Assembly: GCA_012295275.1 (NCBI GenBank)
Contig: CM022672.1
Coordinates: 19,158,001-19,222,000, forward strand
DNA from: Chrysomallon squamiferum
Lineage: Eukaryota; Animalia; Mollusca
Length of the DNA: 64,000 nucleotides
Direction: 5' to 3'
The number at the start of each line of letters is the position of its first letter. The stretch's first letter is position 1. A program made the position numbers and the translations under genes. The notes beneath the pieces were generated by a model, which was not told the origin of the DNA, made no database searches, and worked only from the letters and a program-made list of their open reading frames with translations. Below are positions 14,217 to 26,722 of the stretch, piece after piece.

Positions 14217-16380
14217 GATTATATTTACAAAAAATAAATAACCTACTGCATTCTCTCTCTCTCTCTCACACATACATACCACAAACAAAAAAACAAGATT
14301 AAAATAAAAAAAGTTAATTGAAATGAAAATTAAAACCATCATAAACAAGTAAATAAATAAATAAGACTTAATAAACAGTAAATATTTATTATCTGTACAT
14401 TAATAAAGTTTTGGTTTGAAGTTCAGAATGGCAATAAATAACTTAAAACAGGAAATTGTGGATTAATTCAGTAACACAATTAGATAATAATGAATAATAA
14501 AATAAATGTACATCTATGACATTACTACAGTCAAACAGTGATGATTATTTACATACAGGTTAAATGTCTTATTTTGAGAGTTACAAATAGTTATTAATCC
14601 ATCAATTTTTGGCACAAATGTTTTCTGATGCCAACTTTTTTTTTTTTTTTTGTAATCTGCTGGATTTTATTTATTGTTTGAAACAAACAGGTAATTCCAT
14701 ACAGAAAATTTTAAGTTAAATATAACATTTTATTAAAAAAATTATGAAATTTGAAAAAATAAGAAAGAAGAAAGAACGAAAGAAAAATGTTAGAAATATG
14801 TTGTTATTCCACTTTCAGTCAGTTGTATTATACAGTCAGTTAAAAGATAATGACAAGTTTAATTGATTTCTCTTGTTTTTCTTAACTTGCATACAGAAAA
14901 TAAAACAAACTTCATTATAGTTCATTTTTAAAAAAACAAACATCCGTCACCATTATACATTGTTAAATATAAATTGCAATGTATGACTATATAGCTATAA
15001 GAAAACAGGATCATTTTTTCCATTTGCTTTTAATTAAAGATTCTCAAAAGACAAAATATGTGGAGCACTTTAATTAAAAATACTTTTTTGTCTTACAGAG
15101 TGTAATCAAATGTTTTGTTTAAAAATTATTATTATTTTTGAATTGGTTTACATTCACAGAATGACATATATATATATGTATGTTGTGGGTTTTTTTTTGT
15201 TTTTTTTTTAAAACTTCTATTTATGAATCTAGTGAAGAAATTTCACATGAACATTCAAGAAGTGCCTTGAAGGAAATCTGTTAAGACAAAATTCCTTTAC
15301 ATATCTGATGGTGAAAGAACAATGATCAAACAAACAATAAACTCATTAAATAACAATGTATCCCATCCCAAAATAACGTATTAATTTAAATTAACAAAAT
15401 AATAACTTAGTAAATTAAATTTTAAGATGTACCTTTTTTGATCACTCTTTTGGCAACATCTACTTAAAATAATGTATGTATTTCCTGCAGGTGCACAAAT
15501 ACACTGATAAAGTAAATGGTAATAAATTAACAGAGTACATCCATAAAATGTCTGGTATTTTCTAAATGCTCTCCTTCCTTTGCAGTTTTCATTCTATGTG
15601 TTCTTTATTCCATCCTCTAACAATACATAAGGTACAAATTTACCCCAATTACATTTTATTTTTACTGTAAAAACTATCAATGACAAAAAATACTGAAATA
15701 TCTGGTTAAATATATGTTTCAGATTCCCAGTGAAAAAATGTCATGAATGTAAAATGTAAAAATTATTATTATTCACAATCACAATTATACTTTTTAAAAT
15801 TATTATTTTCTTTTAATACTAGTTTTTAAAATTTTATATATATATATATATATTGATTCTTAATTGTTAAAAGCATTGACATCTTAATAGTGATATTTAA
15901 TAGTTATTTTATTTCCATCCCAAAAGACACAGACAAAAATATTTGTAAACTAACTTAATCATAATTATTACACCTGACACTCTCAATCTGTGATACATAA
16001 TCATTTCATTTTATATATATATCTAAAAAACAGGAAGACATCTTTATGTCTTATTTTATCAGATTCAAATTACAACAGTTTTACACCTGTCAATAAACTC
16101 ATTTGAAAATCCAAATTTATTCTGGGCAAAATGGTTAACGGTTTGTTCAAAGCACATCACATAATGTTTTTGGTTTTTTTATTAAGTGGTTGGTCCATAA
16201 AGAAATTTAACATATCTTGAAAAAAAAGTAATAGAACTGAACAAGACTTCCTCAGTGAGAAAATACCAGTGCAGCAGTCACACACAGGTCATTGGAACAA
16301 AAATCTTCTTTCAACCATTACCACTTTGTTCTTCTAGAAACAGACAATTCAGTCCTGACTAGCACAGCAGCTTCAGTTAT

Positions 16381-16401
16381 ACACACACACACACACACAC
16401 C
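16381..16401. repeat. (CA)n microsatellite abutting the SEC23IP stop codon ((UG)n in the 3'UTR)
   Basis: Direct reading; begins 2 nt after the TAA on the minus strand. Confidence 0.9.
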
Positions 16402-16402
16402 A

Positions 16403-19400
16403 TTATTTTGGGGGAGAACGCACAAAACCAGACACAGGGGGAGGTCCAGCTTGAGGCACTGAGGACGTCTGACCTGGAGGAGGTGTTGCATAAGATTCTG
16501 GTCCAATTCTAGGGGCTGGTCCCTGATGGTGTGAAAAAGGGGCTGGAGCAAATCCAGGTGGTGGAGCTTGTGATAGGGGAGGACTAGCTGCTGCTTGTGG
16601 TGGACTCTGACTTTGGATCAGCTGGCCTGTCATGATTGGAGCAGCAGTAGCTGCTTTTTGATGAATGCCTTCTGGTCCAGGCATCTGTGGGGTCATACCA
16701 GATGCAGCATAAGCTTGTTTCAGTATTAACAGAACCGTGTCTTCTGACTCCCTGTGAAGACAAAAAAATAGCACTTTTATTCTATGTGTTAATAAGTATG
16801 GCCTTTGTGGATGGAATAAAGAAACTACATATGGCAAAAGTATTACTACTGGTAAATGAGTAAATTATCATTTCCCAGAGTGTGTTTTGCAACAAATGGG
16901 TGAGGAAAAAATGCTTTTAACATATTTAGAAAATATTCTTGTCTGCCTTTATGAGTTCCTAGGATGTTTGAGAATTGCAACAGTTATCTATATATTTTTG
17001 GATTTTTTTATAACAGTCAGTTTTTGTAATCAATAAATAAAGAAGCAAATCCTGAGATTATAAAGAAAAAAAATATTCAAATATTTAATAAATACATGGT
17101 AATTATATAAATTTTTGTCATAATATATGATAATATATAATAATTTCAAAATAAATTTAATAAATTTAATGTACATGCTTCAATGACAATTCTGTTTTCT
17201 AAACCTTTATAATTTTGTTTTCAAAAATTCCACAACTTACCAATAGCCACCATGGCTAGATAATGCAAACAGATACTCATTAAAACTTTCAATGGGTGCC
17301 TCTTGGAGAACATAGTCTATCCTGTCTCCTGCATTTAGCTGACCCATGTGAATCTCTTCTTCATTGTTTGATGACACAGCTGAAAATGACAAGTATAATA
17401 ATTTTCTAAAAAAACATTATTTTAATTTCCAATGATGAATATTTTATTTTTGATTGTTGTTGTTGTTTTAATATTTATTAATAATTTAATTTCAGCTTTA
17501 AAAATAAATTCGATTTCTTTCCTGGTTTTTATTAAAAAAAATTAATATTTTTTATTTGATTAAATAAAGAAAGAAGAGAAGAAAAACTGTTACACTTTCT
17601 ATGAATAAGTAAATGTTTAAATATATCAAGATTCATGATTGTGTGTTGTTGGTTTTTTTAAAAAGAGCATTTCAAATCTTTGTTGAAAACAACTCATTAC
17701 ATTTAAACAACAACAGCTAACGCTCATAAGAATCAAATTCTGCCATGTAAATTTTTATATACTGATTGGCTGAAGATTTTTAGTTTATTATGAGCAACTG
17801 GATATATTCTAACTTGAACAGAACTTGTTGCACAAGACTAAATATATTACAGTTTTACACACAATAATTTCATCTCCGTGCAGCTAATAAATAAATGGAC
17901 TTTGGTGACATAGTTGTGTAATTATTACAAAGAATGCTACTTGTAGCATAATAATCCACTATCACTGAACTGAGTTTTTATGAGAAAAAAACAACACATT
18001 TATTGATTCAATGTTAAAGAAACAACATACACCCTGTTTCTGCCTTGTCTTCTTCGTGCTGATTAAAACCCTGCATTATGTTGTTCATTTCCTTGTCCAC
18101 TTCGTGCTCAATGGATGCATCTGAGCGATGAGCGGCAGCAAAGTCGTGAATTGAGTTCCACGTCACTTTGATAGATTCGATTATCTTCTGTTTGAGGTCC
18201 GCTCCAACTCGAGACAAACTCTCTCTCAATTCTGAATATAATTAATTTTTAATCTATTTATTTTAAAATATAAGAAGAATAAACTTAAATTTTTAACACT
18301 TTTTATTTGTTTTTACATACTTTTCATTCATTTACTTTTTTTGTTCTCATCGTCTATCTTTTGGTGGTCTAACAAACTCATAAACTTTAGGATATTGAGC
18401 TGCCATAAAATAGCATATATGTAATTACATTCCAGTTGTTATTACAATCCTCTAATGCCGACAGTAACCAACAAGAAAGATAACTCAGTATTAATATCGT
18501 ATTGATGTAACCATTCACTGGCAACTCTAACACGAATAATATCTCAGAAAAGTGAGTTGTCCAGAATTAATGCTGTATTATAGACTATGATGATTAATTT
18601 GCTAAAATGTTTATTTACCAAGATGAAGTCGTTTTCTGCCTTTGTGATGTGGCATTAGCACTGGTTTTACATTAGTAGCAGCTGGATTTACTAGTGGTTC
18701 TAGTCTGTAAGCCTGTCAAAATAATAATAATAGTGAAGATGATGATGATAATAATGATAAAATTAAAATTAAAGCTAAACCAAATATTAAAATTTTTACT
18801 AAATAAGAGTGGCAAACTGTTCTGAAATCAGTGGTAGACTTTTCATTCATTTTTACGTACAGTAGTAGGCATTTTTGCTTATATATGTAGTTTTTAAAAT
18901 TTCTTTTTTCAGGTCAATGCAGTTTAAAAACAATATCGTCAAGCTTTTGCCTAAAATAAAATGTAGACTCTAAATAATAATTTTAATAAAAGATTAATGA
19001 ACATTACTATACAACAGGCAATTAAAAAAAATATTTTCAATTATAATTCTGTTGCAAATGTTTAAAAATATCAAACAAACTGGAAATAGTTAATGAAAAA
19101 AACACTTACCACAGGATCATACTGTTAAATCATGAAAGTAGGAAAAAAAAAAAAAAAACTTTAAAATAATTGTATAAAAATAATTAATAATTAACTATAA
19201 GTTTTAAATAAAGAAGAAAACATTATTATCTTAATTTAAAAACATTCACAATATTGCAATTATAATTTTAAATACATTTTGGAAAAATTATAGAAATTGT
19301 CCAATAACCAAAATTATTAACAATACTGAGATGATATCAACATCTTGATAAAATATTTTGAGCCATTACTGTATTATGCTCTCAAGTATTTCTTGTGACT

Positions 19401-22400
19401 GGTACAGGTTTAACTATCTACACTTCCTTTGTATATCTATACTTTGAGACGTCACACAAACTTTGTTGGATTCCAAATTGTTTTCATCATGATCACCTAT
19501 CTTTACTGTAGTTCATAATTTTGCCAACAGACAGCAATACCACTTCAATAATAAGATTAAAATCAGCAACTTACAGGATGGAAAATGTTGAAAACATGAG
19601 GACAGTTTGGCAGTCTGAAGTTCTTGCCCATTGTGTCAACTCCACGAACAGCGAGAAACACACCAATAGGAGATCCAAGAGCAAACAGGGCCGAGGTCGG
19701 GAAGATAAGCTGAGGGTAGTGGACAAAGGGTTGACCAGTGCCTGCCAGACCACTGATAAACTCAACAGAGATGCTGGCTGAACGCTTAGCATTGCTGAAA
19801 CATACAAATTATCACATCAAATTATTATGTTTAAATTATTAAATAATGATGAACTTGAAAATTTCAATTTGTAAATGGAAAGCTTTTATAGTACATTAAC
19901 CAGAAATCCAGAAAACCACATGTAAACAAGAAAAAAAAAAAAAAAAAAATCAGAAAAAAAAAATTAACCTCCTGAATCCTTATAAATGTTTGACTTCATT
20001 GTCTATTGTGACTGTTTTAGCATGTCACAGTAGACTGAGCTATAACAAAATTTTTATCCGTTCAGAAAGATTCCTCAGTATTGTCTCCTATCGTAATTTT
20101 TTTTTTCCACAAGACTGTAATACCATCTCTATAGTGAAGATGTGAAATATGCTTAGCTAAATAATGTTTTATGCATCTTATCTTACAATAAATATAAAAG
20201 TAATGCTGTTTAACTGCAATTAAATGAAAGTTAATTTCTATCATGCTTTTATGAATAAAACAAAAGATGCAAATTAAAACTTACGCTTGTCGTCTTGCCA
20301 TCATCATAAATTCTTCCTTCCTTCTCGCTTCTGCTCTCCGAGCTTGTTTCTCTACATCTTTCTCCATCTGTTCCTCGAGTTCCTTCTTTTTTCTTTGCTG
20401 TTGCAGAACAAATAAAAGGAATATTTTGTAGCAGAAATATAGTAACTAGGTCATTATTATTTTTTGTGTTATTAAACATGTGGCAAGGATTTACAGCTTG
20501 TTCTATTTCTTAAAAAATAATTTAGCACTTCATTTGAAAATAAATACCAGTTATTACTATAATGGAAAACATCTCTTTTAGTAATGATTCAAGGCCAATC
20601 AATATCATTTATATCTTGTATGAATAGAGAATCAAATTTGGTAAAACTATCAAAAGTTCATTCAGGACTTTTCTGCATATGCACACACAGATAAGAACAC
20701 CTGCAAGCACACATGCTCATACACTCATACAAACACATACAAAGATGCACACACACACACACTTTTAAGTGTACATTCACAAACACATTAACAAAACACT
20801 AACATCTACACACAAACAAACAACAGCAAAATTTGCTCACCTTTTCTTCTTTATCCTCCTTCAGAATTCCAAGCAGTTTTTTCCTTGGACCCATTGGCAA
20901 ACCAAGATCTTTGAGATCTGAATCACTGCACATTCTCTGTCAAATACAAGATTACTCAAATTGAAACAATTTCATTATAATATAAAGAATATCTGTTATG
21001 AATTATAAATATTACCAACAGAAAAAAACAAAACATGTTTTTAATCAGTTAAAAACATTTGATAAAAAAATAGGATTCATACTCTTTCACAACCATAATT
21101 TATTAAAATAAACCTCTAATCTTATTTGTCTCTAGTGATCATTTACATGAAAATATTTACAAAGACAAAACATATCTACAAGACTAATCTTTTTATCATG
21201 ATGTCGTATTTCTTACACAACCATTTTAAAAACAAACATGGATATGCTGCAAATCATGAAATAATACTAATAGTAGCCTAACTAATTTTATAGAATCATC
21301 AAGATTCCTTTATAATAATTTTTTAATAGAAAATATCTTCTTTTATAGAAATCATCAAGATTCCATTTAGTAATTTTAAGATATTTATATCATTTCAAAT
21401 TTTCAATGAAACATTTCATTTCACTACTTTGTTTATTTTATAACCAAAATGCTGGATTCAGAAAATACAAACCAGAGCTTCCATGTCAATCTGTTCTTGT
21501 TTAAAGACATCAGCTTTTTCCTGCAGGCCAACTTTAGCTAAAAGTTCCTCCATGGTCAACTCATCTGACTTTTGCTCTGACTCCTGTAATTTGATTTAAT
21601 AGAAAATCAGTAACATTATAAATTAAATAACTGAAATCTTTAGTTATCTGTATTCACTACTGTTTAAACAACAGAAAATGATTATGACTTAATAACAACT
21701 ATGATAATGAAATAACAAAACTGTTATTTCAAGGAACTAATAACAACAGAGATGTGAAAAATTCTGAAAGATAATTCAAAGGTCCAGTATCATTTATATA
21801 TATCAGACCAGTTCCAAAACAGGCCAAACAATAATTAAAAGTGAAATATGTTACACAATTCTTTAACGTAAGTATAAGATTTAGTGTAAGATTTAAAGTA
21901 AAATATAATGTTGAACTCTATTTCCAGTTTATTAAATATGCAATTTTATAATTTATTTCTTTAAGACCAGTTTTGATATCTATCTTAAGAATGCCATTCT
22001 ATATTTTAATTTATACAGTGCCATAGGGATAAGCCTATCTAACTGATTATTTAAATAATTTAAATGCTATTCACTGTGGATTTAACAATTTAATTCTTGA
22101 CAATTGAAAAAATACAAACCTCTGAACCTTCTTTATCCTCAGCCTGTCCTGATTGATTTTCATTTTCTTCTTCATCAGTTTCATCATCGTCTTCGTCATC
22201 TTCTTCATCATCTTCATCTTCTTCATCCTCGCTAAAACCAGTCTTCACCTCTCTCTGATGAAGCAACACATCAAACAATATGGAAGAACCTAAATATATT
22301 AATATACCTATCTATTATTGGAAACATGTTAACTCAAAATTTACCTCTAACAATTCAGTATAAATGGTTCTGAAGATCCCTTATTTTTTTCTGAGGGATC

Positions 22401-25400
22401 AATTTTAGTTAATAACAAAGACTAACAATAAAATAATAAATTCATGAAAGTGCAAAGGTGACATTTAACTAAAAAGGTAACTAATAAATAACACTAAACA
22501 ATTATATAAATTAAAAGAGCCATAAGCACCAAATAATTCATTACAAATTATCTGTATCATCATTCTTGTTTTTAAAAATATCTATTCTTATTTTTATCAG
22601 CTTATGAGTAGATTATCCATTATCTGAAAACAAGTTTCATAATTATGTGCAAGAAAAACATCAAAAAACCCAACTTAAGCTATATATAGGTTTATTTTGC
22701 TTTTTTGTTTAAATCTGGGGGAATTTTGAAAAATAAATTATCAGTTTTCTTTAATTCTTTCTTCACAAGCAGACATACCAAGGCTGTGGCCAGCAACAGA
22801 AACAGTCCCATTAAAAGTTGGATTTCTTTGTTTGAACATTCTGTACAGTCGATTCATCTCCTTGGCAACTGTGCTGGCAATGAGCTGTAATAAAAACATT
22901 TCTAAATAATATAAAATATATCATGCACTTTTTAATTTCTATAATGTATATAAAAAATATTTTTTTAATAATTTAGTCAGTTAATTCATCACAAGATGTA
23001 ATATTAAAACTTCAGCCTTAGCAAAAAAACTGTTTAAGAACTATTTTACTAATAAATCAAGAGTATAATGGAGATGTACAGTAATGAGAATATGCATGTC
23101 ATTTTCACAAGTTCTAATCACAGCATTAAAAATGTTATTTAAATGGCAATTTTTCCATGATCCTTATATTCAGTCCAAATGTTATTAAAATGTTGAAAAA
23201 TTAATTATAAATTTAACTTATAAATTATGGTTAAATGAACAATGTATGCACATGACATACACAAACATATCCTGCAACTGATATAAAATCATCTAAATAC
23301 ATTTTATAAAGACTTGCAGAATCCATTTTTAAAAGTCCCGTCTTTCTTAAATTCTATGTATTTTGAGATATATAAAAAGCTATAATTATGTAAGCAAAAC
23401 AAAAACAGGCACAGTAAATTTGATCCCAAATGGTTTTAACTTACTCCAGGAATCAGGAAGAATAAGAAACAGCTATTTAAACATACCTGACAGTAACTAG
23501 GACTAGTGTAGAAAAGAATGTCCAACAACGTGTCATTGACAAAATGTCGCAGTTTCGCTGTACTTTTTAATGTGATGGCTTTCAGTCTCCTACAACAAAC
23601 ACAAAAATATTAACATTAACAAATAAATACAGGCATAAAATTAAGCGTTAAAAATAATAATGAAAATTTACTTTAGCTTTTCAGTATATAAAATATTCTG
23701 GTAAATCAGTATTTAGTGGAAAAACTATTTTATATTTTTATAATTTTTTCCTTAAGACTGAAATTATAATCCCCAATATAAAAGAAATCATGTCTGATAA
23801 ATGAGGATCATATATTTAATTTTCTAATATTAATACCAGCGAGGAAGTTTTTCTCACCTGTCGACACCTGTTTTGTCTGAGTGTAGAGTTTTATGCCACT
23901 GTACAGGTAAATATTCAACTCTGTGTATCTTACCCTCAGCTTTGTAATATGGGAAATGTGTCTTGATAAGACCATGTGAAATAGATCGGAAATCGTCAAC
24001 TGAAATTTAATTTAGATACACAGGTAACAAAAATATTAGCAGCAGAACAGGTAATAATAGACATTTTTAATTTAAGCAACTGAAACAGGTTTCAAAGGGA
24101 ACAAAAATATTGGTTAGCAGCATGTCAGGTAATAATGAAGGCATTAAAATTAATCATTTAATTTAGATATGTACAGGTAACAAAGAAGACACTTCTAAAT
24201 TTAAAAAAATACAAATTAATATTCCAGTCAATGTGAATATAACAGAAATATCTTCAGTAAAATTTGTCTTAATTATATTTAATTGCAGACTCTGCATGAA
24301 TGAAATATCATCACTTAAATAAATGAAAATTATTTTCTCTCCTAAACTATACAAATATTTTATTTTAATACCTTTAAATTAATCTTACAAGAACAAAATG
24401 AAAATAAAAGTCCTTTATCAAAATATTTATTCTTATTTAAATGTTTTCATGCCATCACTAGGTATAATATATGAATAAGACAACAAAATTAATTAAAACA
24501 AAATGACTGTTTGATAATAAACAAAAAATAATTACTTACCGCATTCTATGACATTTCTGAATTTGGCATCACATGTGGCACCAATACCATGAACAATAAA
24601 AATAAGGTGATCTATTATATCAGGTTCTCCTGAAACACAAAGTTAAAAAAAAAAATTTGAGTACAGTTTGAAGACTTATTTTCACTTACAAATTACTGTA
24701 ACTAGAGAAGGCATGTTTTCATATCTTCTAGGTGCTTTTGTTAATTAAATTTTATTTTTTAATTTATTTTATTATTATTATTATTATCATTATTTAGTAT
24801 ACTGATTTTCCCTACTTTTGTTTTTCTTCTTTTTAAAAACGTTTCCTTCTAAGGTATTTATATCTTTATGTATTGTAGTCATTTTTTTTCATTATTAATT
24901 TATTTTATTTGAGTTTTGGGTTGAATGCAGCAAATAATATTTTCATCAGAATATATTCATGAAGACTATTATTAATACCATCTTCTATTGACTCGAAGTC
25001 TTCCACACCACGTTTCACCACTCTGGGTCTCATCTGATCTCCCTGCAATAAACAAATTATAATGAAAAGATGTGTTAAGTTTGACATACAGTCAGGCAAA
25101 TCCATTCATTTAGCTGTATTGATGTTTGAACTGTGAAAAATCACATATAATTAAAGTAATAAAAATATTTTATAATTCTGAAAATTACATGTATAAATAA
25201 AAAATAATAATAATAAAAAAACTAATGAAAAAAGTTCACATCAACAAAATAAGGTCAATTTTTTTTTTTTTTTTTTTTTAAATTTAAAAGCAGTCTGTCT
25301 CAAAGAACAATCATTTAGCAATTTATCAGCATCTTTTGAAGTCAGAAATGATTCTCAAAATTGCATTTCTCACAACCATCTATGTCTGCATTGACACATT

Positions 25401-26671
25401 ATACAATGGTTATTAACGTATCTAAAACATAGCATCTATGAACATTTTTTTTTTTTTTTTTTTTACAAACAGCTGCTAATGATATATAGATGTATAATTT
25501 TCATATCATTTTTTAATTTCCTAATTATCAATTATCATAAATCTGCATACATGAACATCAGTGTAATAGTTTTCTATAAAACACAAGTCATATAACCATA
25601 TGCATATTCATTGACATAATGCAAATATCAGATTGAATATCACATACAGCCATCAAATTGTAATTGGAACAAAAATATAATAAATTAGAATTTATCCTTA
25701 AAAAAATAAAAATTAATTTAAAAAAAAAATAAACACCTAAAAATATTATTTAAAATTATTAAACTGAAAATGTCAATGTGATATTATTAAAAAAATATAT
25801 AATCATGAAATAAAAAAACAAAATAAATGCAAGTATTGAAACAAAATTTTCTTTTAATGTCAGCATACATAAATATTTTGTCAATTATGATTGTTTGTCT
25901 AAAAAGAAATAATAGTAATAGTAAAATTAAAAAATTATGAGGTAAACTTGTTTTTAAACAATGCAGAATGTATATACTATTAAAATGTTAAAGTTTGATT
26001 TAGTTTGTTCACACACATGTACAGAGCCAAGATTTAAACATTATATAACTGGGTGTCCAGTGGATTTAATAATTAAAAAAATATATGAAAAATACTAAAC
26101 TGAATAATTTGGTCAGTATATTATATATAAATACAACAACAAATAAAAAGCAGGATTTTGTGTTATGGGTTCTCACTAAAGTGATCCACTCCAGTGAATC
26201 TGTATGTAAAACATTAATTTTAGTCATTTTAGTCAGATCCAGGCTTTTTAGTGTGTTAGTAATACTTAGATGACCAAATGCAGAAGAGAAATCGTCACAA
26301 ATGTTACCTGCCTGTCATGCTGTCAGATGTAAAAAGCCACAGAAATAGCATGTACGAGGGAAAACAGTTTTAACGATGAACAACAAAACACTGAACATTT
26401 CTGACTCCCCTTTAGACAGTCAACTATGTTGACAGAATTATTTTAAAAATTAAACACTTCATCAAACTTACTGATATTTTAGGTACATTAAAATTTCCTT
26501 CAATTAAATAAAAAACAGAATTACAATGATTATTCGATTATTTTTAAAATTTTATTATTTTATGATTTAGTAACACATCTGAATCAATCTTATATATATA
26601 TATTAAAGGTTCAAGCATATTTTATATATAAAACAAATTAACAGTAATCATTTTCTATAAAAAAAATTAAA

Positions 26672-26722
<51 letters not shown>

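Noticed and set aside
19521-19807. 86-aa plus and 78-aa minus ORFs
   Set aside because: Antisense and out-of-frame shadows of the real SEC23IP exon 19575-19794.
24010-24185. Short degenerate duplications (also 21290-21380, 27185-27400, 45155-45580)
   Set aside because: Ordinary slippage/tandem decay in AT-rich non-coding DNA; no structure or coding signal.
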